From the NCBI GenBank assembly GCA_964016885.1, contig CAXHJY010000928.1, positions 806,001 through 870,000 of the forward strand: a stretch of 64,000 nt of DNA. Reading direction: 5' to 3'. Positions 1 through 15,800 of the stretch are shown in pieces. Every line of letters starts with the position of its first letter. The first letter of the stretch is position 1. Below the pieces are notes generated by a model. That model was not told the origin of the DNA, did no database searches, and saw only the letters and a list, made by a program, of their open reading frames with translations. A program made the position numbers and the translations under genes. This stretch comes from Eledone cirrhosa (lineage: Eukaryota).

Positions 1-3000
1 ATAAATTACTGGGAGTTAAATTACTGGGAAATAAATTACTCGGAGGTAAATTACTGGGAGATAAATTACTGGGAGTAAAAATTACTGGGAGATAAATTAC
101 TGGCAGTTAAATTACTGGGAGTCAAATTACTGGGAGTCAAATTACTGGGAGATAAATTACTGGGTGTTAAATTACTGGGAGTCAAATTATTGGGAGATAA
201 ATTACTGGGAGTCAAATTACTGGGAGATAAATTACTGGGAGTCAAATTACTGGGAGTTAAATTACTGGGAGATAAATTACTGGGAGTTAAATTATTGGCA
301 GTCAAATTACTGGGAGATAAATTACTGGGACTCAAATTACTGGGAGATAAATTAATGGGAGGTAAATTACTGGGAGTTAAATTACTGGGAGTCAAATTAC
401 TGGGAGATAAATTACTGGGGGTCAAATTACTGGGAGATAAATTACTGGGAGAAAAATTACTGGGAGTCAAATTACTGGGAAATAAATTACTGGGAGTTAA
501 ATTACTGGGAGATAAATTACTGGGAGTAAAAATTACTGGGAGATAAATTACTGGGAGTTAAATTACTGAGAGTCAAATTACTGGGAGTCAAATTATTGGG
601 AGATAAATTACTGGGTGTTAAACTACTGGGAGTCAAATGACTGGGAGATAAATTACTGGGAGTCAAATTACTGGTAGATAAATTACTGGGAGTCAAATTA
701 CTGGGAGATAAATTACTGGGAGATAAATTACTGGGAGTCAAATTACTGGGAGATAAATTACTGGGAGATAAATTACTGGGAGTCAAATTACTGCGAGATA
801 AATTACTGGGAGTCAAATTACTGGGAGATAAATTACTGGGAGATAAATTACTGGGAGTTAAATTATTGGGAGATAAATTACTGGGAATCAAATTACAGGG
901 AGGTAAATTACTGGGAGTCAAATTACTGGGAGATATATTACTGGGAGTTAAATTACTGGGAGATAAATTACTGGGAGTCAAATTACTGGGAGATAAATTA
1001 CTGGGAGTCAAATTACTGGGAGGCAAACTACTGGGAGATAAATTACTGGGAGTCAAATTACTGGGAGATAAATTACTGGGAGTCAAATTACTGGGAGATA
1101 AATTACTGGGAGTCAAATTACTGCGAGATAAATTACTGGGAGTTAAATTACTGGGAGATAAATTACTGGGAAATAAATTACTGGGAGATAAATTACTGGG
1201 AGTCAAATTACAGGGAGATAAATTACTGGGAGTCAAATTAGTGGGAGATAAATTACTGGGAGTTAAATTACTGGGAGATAAATTGCTGGGAGTTAAATTA
1301 CTGGGAGTCAAATTACTGGGAGATAAATTACTGGGAGTCAAATTACTGGGAGTTAAATTAATGGGAGTTAAATTACTGGGAGATAAATTGCTGGGAGTTA
1401 AATTACTGGGAGTCAAATTACTGGGAGATAAATTACTGGGGGTCAAATTACTGGGAGATAAATTACTGGGAGAAAAATTACTGGGAGTCAAATTACTGGG
1501 AGATAAATTACTGGGAGTTAAATTACTGGGAGATAAATTACTGGGAGTAAAAATTACTAGGAGATAAATTACTGGGAGTTAAATTACTGAGAGTCAAATT
1601 ACTGGGAGATAAATTACTGGGAGATAAATTACTGGGAGTCAAATTACTGGGAGATAAATTACTGGGAGATAAATTACTGGGAGTTAAATTATTGGGAGAT
1701 AAATTACTGGGAGTCAAATTACTGGGAGATAAATTACTGGGAGTCAAATTACTGGGAGATAAATTACTGGGAGTCAAATTACTGGGAAATAAATTACTGG
1801 GAGTCAAATTACTGCCAGATAAATTACTGGGAGTTAAATTACTGGGAAATAAATTACTCGGAGGTAAATTACTGGGAGATAAATTACTGGGAGTAAAAAT
1901 TACTGGGAGATAAATTACTGGCAGTTAAATTACTGGGAGTCAAATTACTGGGAGTCAAATTACTGGGAGATAAATTACTGGGTGTTAAATTACTGGGAGT
2001 CAAATTATTGGGAGATAAATTACTGGGAGTCAAATTACTGGGAGATAAATTACTGGGAGTCAAATTACTGGGAGTTAAATTACTGGGAGATAAATTACTG
2101 GGAGTTAAATTATTGGCAGTCAAATTACTGGGAGATAAATTACTGGGACTCAAATTACTGGGAGATAAATTAATGGGACTCAAATTACTGGGAGATATAT
2201 TACTGGGAGTTAAATTACTGGGAGATAAATTACTGGGAGTCAAATTACTGGGAGATAAATTACTGGGAGTCAAATTACTGCGAGATAAATTACTGGGAGT
2301 TAAATTACTGGGAAATAAATTACTGGGAGGTAAATTACTGGGAGATAAATTACTGGAGTTAAATTACTGGGAGATAAATTACTGGGAGTCAAATTACTGG
2401 GACATAAATTACTGGGAGTCAAATTACTGGGAGATAAATTACTGGGAGTCAAATTACTGGGAGTTAAATTACTGGGAGATAAATTACTGGGAGTTAAATT
2501 ACTGGGAGTCAAATTATTGGGAGATAAATTACTGGGAGTCAAATTACTGGGAGATAAATTACTGGGAGTCAAATTACTGGGAGTTAAATTACTGGGAGAT
2601 AAATTACTGGGAGTTAAATTATTGGCAGTCAAATTACTGGGAGATAAATTACTGGGACTCAAATTACTGGGAGATAAATTAATGGGAGGTAAATTACTGG
2701 GAGTTAAATTACTGGGAGTCAAATTACTGGGAGATAAATTACTGGGGGTCAAATTACTGGGAGATAAATTACTGGGAGAAAAATTACTGGGAGTCAAATT
2801 ACTGGGAAATAAATTACTGGGAGTTAAATTACTGGGAGATAAATTACTGGGAGTAAAAATTACTGGGAGATAAATTACTGGGAGTTAAATTACTGAGAGT
2901 CAAATTACTGGGAGTCAAATTATTGGGAGATAAATTACTGGGTGTTAAATTACTGGGAGTCAAATGACTGGGAGATAAATTACTGGGAGTCAAATTACTG

Positions 3001-6000
3001 GTAGATAAATTACTGGGAGTCAAATTACTGGGAGATAAATTACTGGGAGATAAATTACTGGGAGTCAAATTACTGGGAGATAAATTACTGGGAGATAAAT
3101 TACTGGGAGTCAAATTACTGCGAGATAAATTACTGGGAGTCAAATTACTGGGAGATAAATTACTGGGAGATAAATTACTGGGAGTTAAATTATTGGGAGA
3201 TAAATTACTGGGAATCAAATTACAGGGAGGTAAATTACTGGGAGTCAAATTACTGGGAGATAAATTACTGGGAGTTAAATTACTGGGAGATAAATTACTG
3301 GGAGTCAAATTACTGGGAGATAAATTACTGGGAGTCAAATTACTGCAAGATAAATTACTGGGAGTTAAATTACTGGGAAATAAATTACTGGGAGGTAAAT
3401 TACTGGGAGATAAATTACTGGAGTTAAATTACTGGGAGATAAATTACTGGGAGTCAAATTACTGGGACATAAATTACTGGGAGTCAAATTACTGGGAGAT
3501 AAATTACTGGGAGTCAAATTACTGGGAGTTAAATTACTGGGAGATAAATTACTGGGAGTTAAATTACTGGGAGATAAATTGCTGGGAGATAAATTACTGG
3601 GAGTCAAATTACTGGGAGATAAATTACTGGGACTCAAATTAATAGGCGATAAATTAATGGGAGATAAATTACTGGGAGTCAAATTACTGGGAGAAAAATT
3701 ACTGGGAGATATATTACTGGGTGATAAATTACTGGGAGTCAAATTACTGGGAGATAAATTACTGCGAGTCAAATTACTGGGAGATAAATTACTGGGAGTT
3801 AAATTACTGGGAGATAAATTACTGGGAGTTAAATTATTGGGAGATAAATTACTGTGAGTCAAATTACTGGGAGATAAATTACTGGGAGTCAAATTACTGG
3901 GAGATAAATTACTGGGAGTCAAATTATGGGAGTCAAATTACTGGGAGATAAATTACTGGGAGTCAAATTACTGGGAGATAAATTACTGGGAGTCAAATTA
4001 CTGCGAGATAAATTACTGGGAGTCAAATTACTGCGAGATAAATTACTGGGAGTCAAATTACTGGTAGATAAATTACTGGGAGTCAAATTACTGGGAGATA
4101 AATTACTGGGAGATAAATTACTGGGAGTTAAATTATTGGGAGATAAATTACTGGGAGTCAAATTACTGGGAGATAAATTACTGGGAGTCAAATTACTGGG
4201 AGATAAATTACTGGGAGTCAAATTACTGGGAAATAAATTACTGGGAGTCAAATTACTGCGAGATAAATTACTGGGAGTTAAATTACTGGGAAATAAATTA
4301 CTGGGAGGTAAATTACTGGGAGATAAATTACTGGGAGTAAAAATTACTGGGAGATAAATTACTGGCAGTTAAATTACTGGGAGTCAAATTACTGGGAGTC
4401 AAATTACTGGGAGATAAATTACTGGGTGTTAAATTACTGGGAGTCAAATTATTGGGAGATAAATTACTGGGAGTCAAATTACTGGTAGATAAATTACTGG
4501 GAGTTAAATTACTGGGAGATAAATTACTGGGAGATAAATTACTGGGAGATAAATTACTGGGAGTCAAATTACTGGGAGATAAATTACTGGGAGTCAAATT
4601 ACTGGGAGTTAAATTACTGGGAGATAAATTACTGGGAGATAAATTACTGGGAGATAAATTAGTGGCAGTTAAATTACTGGGAGATAAATTGCTGGGAGTT
4701 AAATTACTGGGAGATAAATTACTGGGAGTCAAATTACTGGGAGTCAGATTACTGGGAGTTAAATTACTGGGAAATAAATTACTGGGAGTTAAATTACTGG
4801 GAGTTAAATTACTGGGAGTCAAATTACTGGGAGATAAATTACTGGGAGTCAAATTACTGGGAGATAAATTACTGGGAGTCAAATTACTGGGAGTTAAATT
4901 ACTGTGAGATAAATTACTGGGAGTTAAATTACTGGGAGTCAAATTACTGGGAGATAAATTACTGGGACTCAAATTACTGGGAGATAAATTAATGGGAGAT
5001 AAATTACTGGGAGTCAAATTACTGGGAGATAAATTACTGGGAGATAAATTACTGGGAGTCAAATTACTGCGAGATAAATTACTGGGAGTCAAATTACTGG
5101 GAGATAAATTACTGGGAGATAAATTACTGGGAGTTAAATTATTGGGAGATAAATTACTGGGAATCAAATTACTGGGAGATAAATTACTGGGAGTCAAATT
5201 ACTGGGAGTCAATTACTGGGAGATAAATTACTGGGAGATAAATTACTGGGAGTTAAATTATTGGGATATAAATTACTGGGAGTCAAATTACTGGGAGGCA
5301 AATTACTGGGAGATAAATTACTGGGAGTCAAATTACTGGGAGATAAATTACTGGGAGTCAAATTACTGGGAGATAAATTACTGGGAGTCAAATTACTGCG
5401 AGATAAATTACTGGGAGTTAAATTACTGGGAGATAAATTACTTGGAAATAAATTACTGGGAGATAAATTACTGGGAGTCAAATTACAGGGAGATAAATTA
5501 CTGGGAGTCAAATTAGTGGGAGATAAATTACTGGGAGTTAAATTACTGGGAGATAAATTGCTGGGAGTTAAATTACTGGGAGTCAAATTACTGGGAGATA
5601 AATTACTGGGAGTCAAATTACTGGGAGTTAAATTAATGGGAGTTAAATTACTGGGAGATAAATTGCTGGGAGTTAAATTACTGGGAGTCAAATTACTGGG
5701 AGATAAATTACTGGGGGTCAAATTACTGGGAGATAAATTACTGGGAGAAAAATTACTGGGAGTCAAATTACTGGGAGATAAATTACTGGGAGTTAAATTA
5801 CTGGGAGATAAATTACTGGGAGTAAAAATTACTAGGAGATAAATTACTGGGAGTTAAATTACTGAGAGTCAAATTACTGGGAGATAAATTACTGGGAGAT
5901 AAATTACTGGGAGTCAAATTACTGGGAGATAAATTACTGGGAGTTAAATTATTGGGAGATAAATTACTGGGAGTCAAATTACTGGGAGATAAATTACTGG

Positions 6001-9000
6001 GAGTCAAATTACTGGGAGATAAATTACTGGGAGTCAAATTACTGGGAAATAAATTACTGGGAGTCAAATTACTGCCAGATAAATTACTGGGAGTTAAATT
6101 ACTGGGAAATAAATTACTGGGAGGTAAATTACTGGGAGATAAATTACTGGGAGTAAAAATTACTGGGAGATAAATTACTGGCAGTTAAATTACTGGGAGT
6201 CAAATTACTGGGAGTCAAATTACTGGGAGATAAATTACTGGGTGTTAAATTACTGGGAGTCAAATTATTGGGAGATAAATTACTGGGAGTCAAATTACTG
6301 GTAGATAAATTACTGGGAGTTAAATTACTGGGAGATAAATTACTGGGAGATAAATTAGTGGGAGTTAAATTACTGGGAGATAAATTGCTGGGAGTTAAAT
6401 TACTGGGAGATAAATTACTGGGAGTAAAAATTACTGGGAGATAAATTACTGGGAGTTAAATTACTGAGAGTCAAATTACTGGGAGTCAAATTATTGGGAG
6501 ATAAATTACTGGGTGTTAAATTACTGGGAGTCAAATGACTGGGAGATAAATTACTGGGAGTCAAATTACTGGGAGATAAATTACTGCGAGATAAATTACT
6601 GGGAGTCAAATTACTGCGAGATAAATTACTGGGAGTCAAATTACTGGGAGATAAATTACTGGGAGATAAATTACTGGGACTCAAATTACTGGGAGATAAA
6701 TTACTGGGAGTTAAATTACTGGGAGTCAAATTACTGGGAGAAAAATTACTGGGAGTCAAATTTCTGGGAGTCAAATTACTGGGAGTCAAATTACTGGGAG
6801 ATAAATTACTGGGAGTTAAATTATAGGGAGATAAATTACTGGGTGTCAAATTACTGGGAGATAAATTACTGGGAGTCAAATTACTGGGAGATAAATTACT
6901 GGGAGTCAAATTACTGAGAGATAAACTACTGGGAGATAAATTACTGGGAGTCAAATTACTGCGAGATAAATTACTGCGAGATAAATTACTGGGAGATAAA
7001 TTACAGGGAGTCAAATTACTGGGAGATAAATTACTGGGAGATAAATTACTGGGAATCAAATTACTGGGAGATAAATTACTGGGAGTCAAATTACTGGGAG
7101 TTAAATTACTGGGAGATAAATTACTGGGAGTTAAATTACTGGGAGTCAAATTACTGGTAGATAAATTACTGGGACTCAAATTACTGGGAGATAAATTAAT
7201 AGGAGATAAATTACTGGGAGTTAAATTACTGGGAGTCAAATTACAGGGAGATAAATTACTGGGAGTCAAATTATTGGGAGATTAATTACTGGGAGTCAAA
7301 TTAGTGGGAGATAAATTACTGGGAGTCAAATTACTGGGAGATAAATTACTGGGAGTTAAATTACTGGGAGATAAATTACTGGGAGTTAAATTACTGGGAG
7401 ATAAATTACTGGGAGTAAAAATTACTGGGAGATAAATTACTGGGAGTTAAATTACTGAGAGTCAAATTACTGGGAGTCAAATTATTGGGAGATAAATTAC
7501 TGGGTGTTAAATTACTGGTAGTCAAATGACTGGGAGATAAATTACTGGGAGTCAAATTACTGGTAGATAAATTACTGGGAGTCAAATTACTGGGAGTTAA
7601 ATTACTGGGAGATAAATTACTGGGAGTTAAATTACTGGGAGTCAAATTACTGGGAGATAAATTACTGGGACTCAAATTACTGGGAGATAAATTAATGGGA
7701 GATAAATTACTGGGAGTTAAATTACTGGGAGTCAAATTACTGGGAGATAAATTACTGGGGGTCAAATTACTGGGAGATAAATTACTGGGAGAAAAATTAC
7801 TGGGAGTCAAATTACTGGGAGATAAATTACTGGGAGTTAAATTACTGGGAGATAAATTACTGGGAGTAAAAATTACTGGGAGATAAATTACTGGGAGTTA
7901 AATTACTGTGAGTTCAATTACTGGGAGATAAATTACTGGGAGTCAAATTACTGCGAGATAAATTACTGGGAGTTAAATTACTGGGAAATAAATTACTGGG
8001 AGATAAATTACTGGGAGTTAAATTACTGGGAGATAAATTACTGGGAGTAAAAATGACTGGGAGATAAATTACTGGGAGATAAATTACTGTGAGTTCAATT
8101 ACTGGGAGATGAATTAATGGGAGTCAAATTACTGCGAGATAAATTACTGGGAGTTAAATTACTGGGAAATAAATTACTGGGAGATAAATTACTGGGAGAT
8201 AAATTACTGGGAGTCAAATTACACGGAGATAAATTACTGGGAGTCAAATTACTGGGAGATAAATTACTGGGAGTCAAATTACTGGGAGATAAATTACTGG
8301 GAGATAAATTACTGGGAGTCAAATTACTGGGAGATAAATTACTGGGAGATAAATTACTGGGAGTCAAATTACTGCGAGATAAATTACTGGGAGTCAAATT
8401 ACTGGGAGATAAATTACTGGGAGATAAATTACTGGGAGTTAAATTATTGGAAGATAAATTACTGGGAATCAAATTACTGGGAGATAAATTACTGGGAGTC
8501 AAATTACTGGGAGTCAATTACTGGGAGATAAATTACTGGGAGATAAATTACTGGGAGATAAATTACTGGGAGTCAAATTACTGGGAGATAAATTACTGGG
8601 AGTCAAATTACTGCGAGATAAATTACTGGGAGTTAAATTACTGGGAGATAAATTACTGGGAAATAAATTACTGGGAGATAAATTACTGGGAGTCAAATTA
8701 CAGGGAGATAAATTACTGGGAGTCAAATTAGTGGGAGATAAATTACTGGGAGTTAAATTACTGGGAGATAAATTGCTGGGAGTTAAATTACTGGGAGTCA
8801 AATTACTGGGAGATAAATTACTGGGAGTCAAATTACTGGGAGTTAAATTAATGGGAGTTAAATTACTGGGAGATAAATTGCTGGGAGTTAAATTACTGGG
8901 AGTCAAATTACTGGGAGATAAATTACTGGGGGTCAAATTACTGGGAGATAAATTACTGGGAGAAAAATTACTGGGAGTCAAATTACTGGGAGATAAATTA

Positions 9001-10515
9001 CTGGGAGTTAAAATACTGGGAGATAAATTACTGGGAGTAAAAATTACTAGGAGATAAATTACTGGGAGTTAAATTACTGAGAGTCAAATTACTGGGAGAT
9101 AAATTACTGGGAGATAAATTACTGGGAGTCAAATTACTGGGAGATAAATTACTGGGAGATAAATTACTGGGAGTTAAATTATTGGGAGATAAATTACTGG
9201 GAGTCAAATTACTGGGAGATAAATTACTGGGAGTCAAATTACTGGGAAATAAATTACTGGGAGTCAAATTACTGGGAAATAAATTACTGGGAGTCAAATT
9301 ACTGCCAGATAAATTACTGGGAAATAAATTACTGGGAGGTAAATTACTGGGAGATAAATTACTGGGAGTAAAAATTACTGGGAGATAAATTACTGGCAGT
9401 TAAATTACTGGGAGTCAAATTACTGGGAGTCAAATTACTGGGAGATAAATTACTGGGTGTTAAATTACTGGGAGTCAAATTATTGGGAGATAAATTACTG
9501 GGAGTCAAATTACTGGTAGATAAATTACTGGGAGTTAAATTACTGGGAGATAAATTACTGGGAGATAAATTAGTGGGAGTTAAATTACTGGGAGATAAAT
9601 TGCTGGGAGTTAAATTACTGGGAGATAAATTACTGGGAGTAAAAATTACTGGGAGATAAATTACTGGGAGTTAAATTACTGAGAGTCAAATTACTGGGAG
9701 TCAAATTATTGGGAGATAAATTACTGGGTGTTAAATTACTGGGAGTCAAATGACTGGGAGATAAATTACTGGGAGTCAAATTACTGGGAGATAAATTACT
9801 GGGAGATAAATTACTGGGAGTCAAATTACTGCGAGATAAATTACTGGGAGTCAAATTACTGGGAGATAAATTACTGGGAGATAAATTACTGGGACTCAAA
9901 TTACTGGGAGATAAATTACTGGGAGTTAAATTACTGGGAGTCAAATTACTGGGAGAAAAATTACTGGGAGTCAAATTACTGGTAGATAAATTACTGGGAC
10001 TCAAATTACTGGGAGATAAATTAATAGGAGATAAATTACTGGGAGTTAAATTACTGGGAGTCAAATTACAGGGAGATAAATTACTGGGAGTCAAATTACT
10101 GGGAGATTAATTACTGGGAGTCAAATTAGTGGGAGATAAATTACTGGGAGTCAAATTACTGGGAGATAAATTACTGGGAGTTAAATTACTGGGAGATAAA
10201 TTACTGGGAGTTAAATTACTGGGAGATAAATTACTGGGAGTAAAAATTACTGGGAGATAAATTACTGGGAGTTAAATTACTGAGAGTCAAATTACTGGGA
10301 GTCAAATTATTGGGAGATAAATTACTGGGTGTTAAATTACTGGGAGTCAAATGACTGGGAGATAAATTACTGGGAGTCAAATTACTGGTAGATAAATTAC
10401 TGGGGGTCAAATTACTGGGAGATAAATTACTGGGAGTTAAATTACTGGGAGTCAAATTACTGGGAGATAAATTACTGGGAGTCAAATTACTGGGAGATAA
10501 ATTACTGGGAGTCAA
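1..10515 (+). repeat. Large higher-order repeat, copy 1 (homologous to 12896-24775)
   Basis: Rare CTCGGAGG variant at 41 and 1859 recurs at 12936 and 14754 (+12,895). ORF-track landmarks 66/517/1538/1884/2844 recur at +12,895; 3919-8514 at +14,304; 9028-10231 at +14,259. Confidence 0.93.
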
Positions 10516-12895
10516 ATTATTGGGAGATAAATTACTGGGAGTCAAATTACTGGGAGATAAATTACTGGGAGTCAAATTACTGGGAGTTAAATTACTGGGA
10601 GATAAATTACTGGGAGTTAAATTATTGGCAGTCAAATTACTGGGAGATAAATTACTGGGACTCAAATTACTGGGAGATAAATTAATGGGACTCAAATTAC
10701 TGGGAGATATATTACTGGGAGTTAAATTACTGGGAGATAAATTACTGGGAGTCAAATTACTGGGAGATAAATTACTGGGAGTCAAATTACTGCGAGATAA
10801 ATTACTGGGAGTTAAATTACTGGGAAATAAATTACTGGGAGGTAAATTACTGGGAGATAAATTACTGGAGTTAAATTACTGGGAGATAAATTACTGGGAG
10901 TCAAATTACTGGGACATAAATTACTGGGAGTCAAATTACTGGGAGATAAATTACTGGGAGTCAAATTACTGGGAGTTAAATTACTGGGAGATAAATTACT
11001 GGGAGTTAAATTACTGGGAGTCAAATTATTGGGAGATAAATTACTGGGAGTCAAATTACTGGGAGATAAATTACTGGGAGTCAAATTACTGGGAGTTAAA
11101 TTACTGGGAGATAAATTACTGGGAGTTAAATTATTGGCAGTCAAATTACTGGGAGATAAATTACTGGGACTCAAATTACTGGGAGATAAATTAATGGGAG
11201 GTAAATTACTGGGAGTTAAATTACTGGGAGTCAAATTACTGGGAGATAAATTACTGGGGGTCAAATTACTGGGAGATAAATTACTGGGAGAAAAATTACT
11301 GGGAGTCAAATTACTGGGAAATAAATTACTGGGAGTCAAATTATGGGAGTCAAATTACTGGGAGATAAATTACTGGGAGTCAAATTACTGGGAGATAAAT
11401 TACTGGGAGTCAAATTACTGCGAGATAAATTACTGGGAGTCAAATTACTGGTAGATAAATTACTGGGAGTCAAATTACTGGGAGATAAATTACTGGGAGA
11501 TAAATTACTGGGAGTCAAATTATTGGGAGATAAATTACTGGGAGTCAAATTACTGGGAGATAAATTACTGGGAGTCAAATTACTGGGAGATAAATTACTG
11601 GGAGTCAAATTACTGGGAAATAAATTACTGGGAGTCAAATTACTGCGAGATAAATTACTGGGAGTTAAATTACTGGGAAATAAATTACTGGGAGATAAAT
11701 TACTGGGAGTAAAAATTACTGGGAGATAAATTACTGGCAGTTAAATTACTGGGAGTCAAATTACTGGGAGTCAAATTACTGGGAGATAAATTACTGGGTG
11801 TTAAATTACTGGGAGTCAAATTATTGGGAGATAAATTACTGGGAGTCAAATTACTGGTAGATAAATTACTGGGAGTTAAATTACTGGGAGATAAATTACT
11901 GGGAGATAAATTACTGGGAGTTAAATTACTGGGAGATAAATTACTGGGAGATAAATTACTGGGAGATAAATTAGTGGGAGTTAAATTACTGGGAGATAAA
12001 TTGCTGGGAGTTAAATTACTGGGAGATAAATTACTGGGAGTCAAATTACTGGGAGTCAGATTACTGGGAGTTAAATTACTGGGAAATAAATTACTGGGAG
12101 TTAAATTACTGGGAGTTAAATTACTGGGAGTCAAATTACTGGGAGATAAATTACTGGGAGTCAAATTACTGGGAGATAAATTACTGGGAGTCAAATTACT
12201 GGGAGTTAAATTACTGGGAGATAAATTACTGGGAGTTAAATTACTGGGAGTCAAATTACTGGGAGATAAATTACTGGGACTCAAATTACTGGGAGATAAA
12301 TTAATGGGAGATAAATTACTGGGAGTCAAATTACTGGGAGATAAATTACTGGGAGATAAATTACTGGGAGTCAAATTACTGCGATATAAATTACTGGGAG
12401 TCAAATTACTGGGAGATAAATTACTGGGAGATAAATTACTGGGAGTTAAATTATTTTGAGATAAATTTCTGGGAATCAAATTACTGGGAGATAAATTACT
12501 GGGAGTCAAATTACTGGGAGTCAATTACTGGGAGATAAATTACTGGGAGATAAATTGCTGGGAGTTAAATTACTGGGAGTCAAATTACTGGGAGATAAAT
12601 TACTGGGGGTCAAATTACTGGGAGATAAATTACTGGGAGAAAAATTACTGGGAGTCAAATTACTGGGAGATAAATTACTGGGAGTTAAATTACTGGGAGA
12701 TAAATTACTGGGAGTAAAAATTACTAGGAGATAAATTACTGGGAGTTAAATTACTGAGAGTCAAATTACTGGGAGATAAATTACTGGGAGATAAATTACT
12801 GGGAGTCAAATTACTGGGAGATAAATTACTGGGAGATAAATTACTGGGAGTTAAATTATTGGGAGATAAATTACTGGGAGTCAAATTACTGGGAG
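10515..12895 (+). repeat. Internally deleted derivative of the 2.0-5.9 kb segment
   Basis: Landmarks 2008->10520 and 2300->10812 (+8,512). The 14-bp AAATTATGGG unit maps 3921->11338, landmark 4328->11700, and the GTCAGATT variant 4743->12055. The shrinking offset indicates deletions. Confidence 0.8.
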
Positions 12896-15800
12896 ATAAA
12901 TTACTGGGAGTTAAATTACTGGGAAATAAATTACTCGGAGGTAAATTACTGGGAGATAAATTACTGGGAGTAAAAATTACTGGGAGATAAATTACTGGCA
13001 GTTAAATTACTGGGAGTCAAATTACTGGGAGTCAAATTACTGGGAGATAAATTACTGGGTGTTAAATTACTGGGAGTCAAATTATTGGGAGATAAATTAC
13101 TGGGAGTCAAATTACTGGGAGATAAATTACTGGGAGTCAAATTACTGGGAGTTAAATTACTGGGAGATAAATTACTGGGAGTTAAATTATTGGCAGTCAA
13201 ATTACTGGGAGATAAATTACTGGGACTCAAATTACTGGGAGATAAATTAATGGGAGGTAAATTACTGGGAGTTAAATTACTGGGAGTCAAATTACTGGGA
13301 GATAAATTACTGGGGGTCAAATTACTGGGAGATAAATTACTGGGAGAAAAATTACTGGGAGTCAAATTACTGGGAAATAAATTACTGGGAGTTAAATTAC
13401 TGGGAGATAAATTACTGGGAGTAAAAATTACTGGGAGATAAATTACTGGGAGTTAAATTACTGAGAGTCAAATTACTGGGAGTCAAATTATTGGGAGATA
13501 AATTACTGGGTGTTAAACTACTGGGAGTCAAATGACTGGGAGATAAATTACTGGGAGTCAAATTACTGGTAGATAAATTACTGGGAGTCAAATTACTGGG
13601 AGATAAATTACTGGGAGATAAATTACTGGGAGTCAAATTACTGGGAGATAAATTACTGGGAGATAAATTACTGGGAGTCAAATTACTGCGAGATAAATTA
13701 CTGGGAGTCAAATTACTGGGAGATAAATTACTGGGAGATAAATTACTGGGAGTTAAATTATTGGGAGATAAATTACTGGGAATCAAATTACAGGGAGGTA
13801 AATTACTGGGAGTCAAATTACTGGGAGATATATTACTGGGAGTTAAATTACTGGGAGATAAATTACTGGGAGTCAAATTACTGGGAGATAAATTACTGGG
13901 AGTCAAATTACTGGGAGGCAAACTACTGGGAGATAAATTACTGGGAGTCAAATTACTGGGAGATAAATTACTGGGAGTCAAATTACTGGGAGATAAATTA
14001 CTGGGAGTCAAATTACTGCGAGATAAATTACTGGGAGTTAAATTACTGGGAGATAAATTACTGGGAAATAAATTACTGGGAGATAAATTACTGGGAGTCA
14101 AATTACAGGGAGATAAATTACTGGGAGTCAAATTAGTGGGAGATAAATTACTGGGAGTTAAATTACTGGGAGATAAATTGCTGGGAGTTAAATTACTGGG
14201 AGTCAAATTACTGGGAGATAAATTACTGGGAGTCAAATTACTGGGAGTTAAATTAATGGGAGTTAAATTACTGGGAGATAAATTGCTGGGAGTTAAATTA
14301 CTGGGAGTCAAATTACTGGGAGATAAATTACTGGGGGTCAAATTACTGGGAGATAAATTACTGGGAGAAAAATTACTGGGAGTCAAATTACTGGGAGATA
14401 AATTACTGGGAGTTAAATTACTGGGAGATAAATTACTGGGAGTAAAAATTACTAGGAGATAAATTACTGGGAGTTAAATTACTGAGAGTCAAATTACTGG
14501 GAGATAAATTACTGGGAGATAAATTACTGGGAGTCAAATTACTGGGAGATAAATTACTGGGAGATAAATTACTGGGAGTTAAATTATTGGGAGATAAATT
14601 ACTGGGAGTCAAATTACTGGGAGATAAATTACTGGGAGTCAAATTACTGGGAGATAAATTACTGGGAGTCAAATTACTGGGAAATAAATTACTGGGAGTC
14701 AAATTACTGCCAGATAAATTACTGGGAGTTAAATTACTGGGAAATAAATTACTCGGAGGTAAATTACTGGGAGATAAATTACTGGGAGTAAAAATTACTG
14801 GGAGATAAATTACTGGCAGTTAAATTACTGGGAGTCAAATTACTGGGAGTCAAATTACTGGGAGATAAATTACTGGGTGTTAAATTACTGGGAGTCAAAT
14901 TATTGGGAGATAAATTACTGGGAGTCAAATTACTGGGAGATAAATTACTGGGAGTCAAATTACTGGGAGTTAAATTACTGGGAGATAAATTACTGGGAGT
15001 TAAATTATTGGCAGTCAAATTACTGGGAGATAAATTACTGGGACTCAAATTACTGGGAGATAAATTAATGGGACTCAAATTACTGGGAGATATATTACTG
15101 GGAGTTAAATTACTGGGAGATAAATTACTGGGAGTCAAATTACTGGGAGATAAATTACTGGGAGTCAAATTACTGCGAGATAAATTACTGGGAGTTAAAT
15201 TACTGGGAAATAAATTACTGGGAGGTAAATTACTGGGAGATAAATTACTGGAGTTAAATTACTGGGAGATAAATTACTGGGAGTCAAATTACTGGGACAT
15301 AAATTACTGGGAGTCAAATTACTGGGAGATAAATTACTGGGAGTCAAATTACTGGGAGTTAAATTACTGGGAGATAAATTACTGGGAGTTAAATTACTGG
15401 GAGTCAAATTATTGGGAGATAAATTACTGGGAGTCAAATTACTGGGAGATAAATTACTGGGAGTCAAATTACTGGGAGTTAAATTACTGGGAGATAAATT
15501 ACTGGGAGTTAAATTATTGGCAGTCAAATTACTGGGAGATAAATTACTGGGACTCAAATTACTGGGAGATAAATTAATGGGAGGTAAATTACTGGGAGTT
15601 AAATTACTGGGAGTCAAATTACTGGGAGATAAATTACTGGGGGTCAAATTACTGGGAGATAAATTACTGGGAGAAAAATTACTGGGAGTCAAATTACTGG
15701 GAAATAAATTACTGGGAGTTAAATTACTGGGAGATAAATTACTGGGAGTAAAAATTACTGGGAGATAAATTACTGGGAGTTAAATTACTGAGAGTCAAAT

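Noticed and set aside
3851-3862. AP-1 site TGAGTCA (also ~18159) and CSL-like TGGGAA variants
   Set aside because: These are single-base derivatives of the monomer that are expected by chance, with no promoter or gene context.
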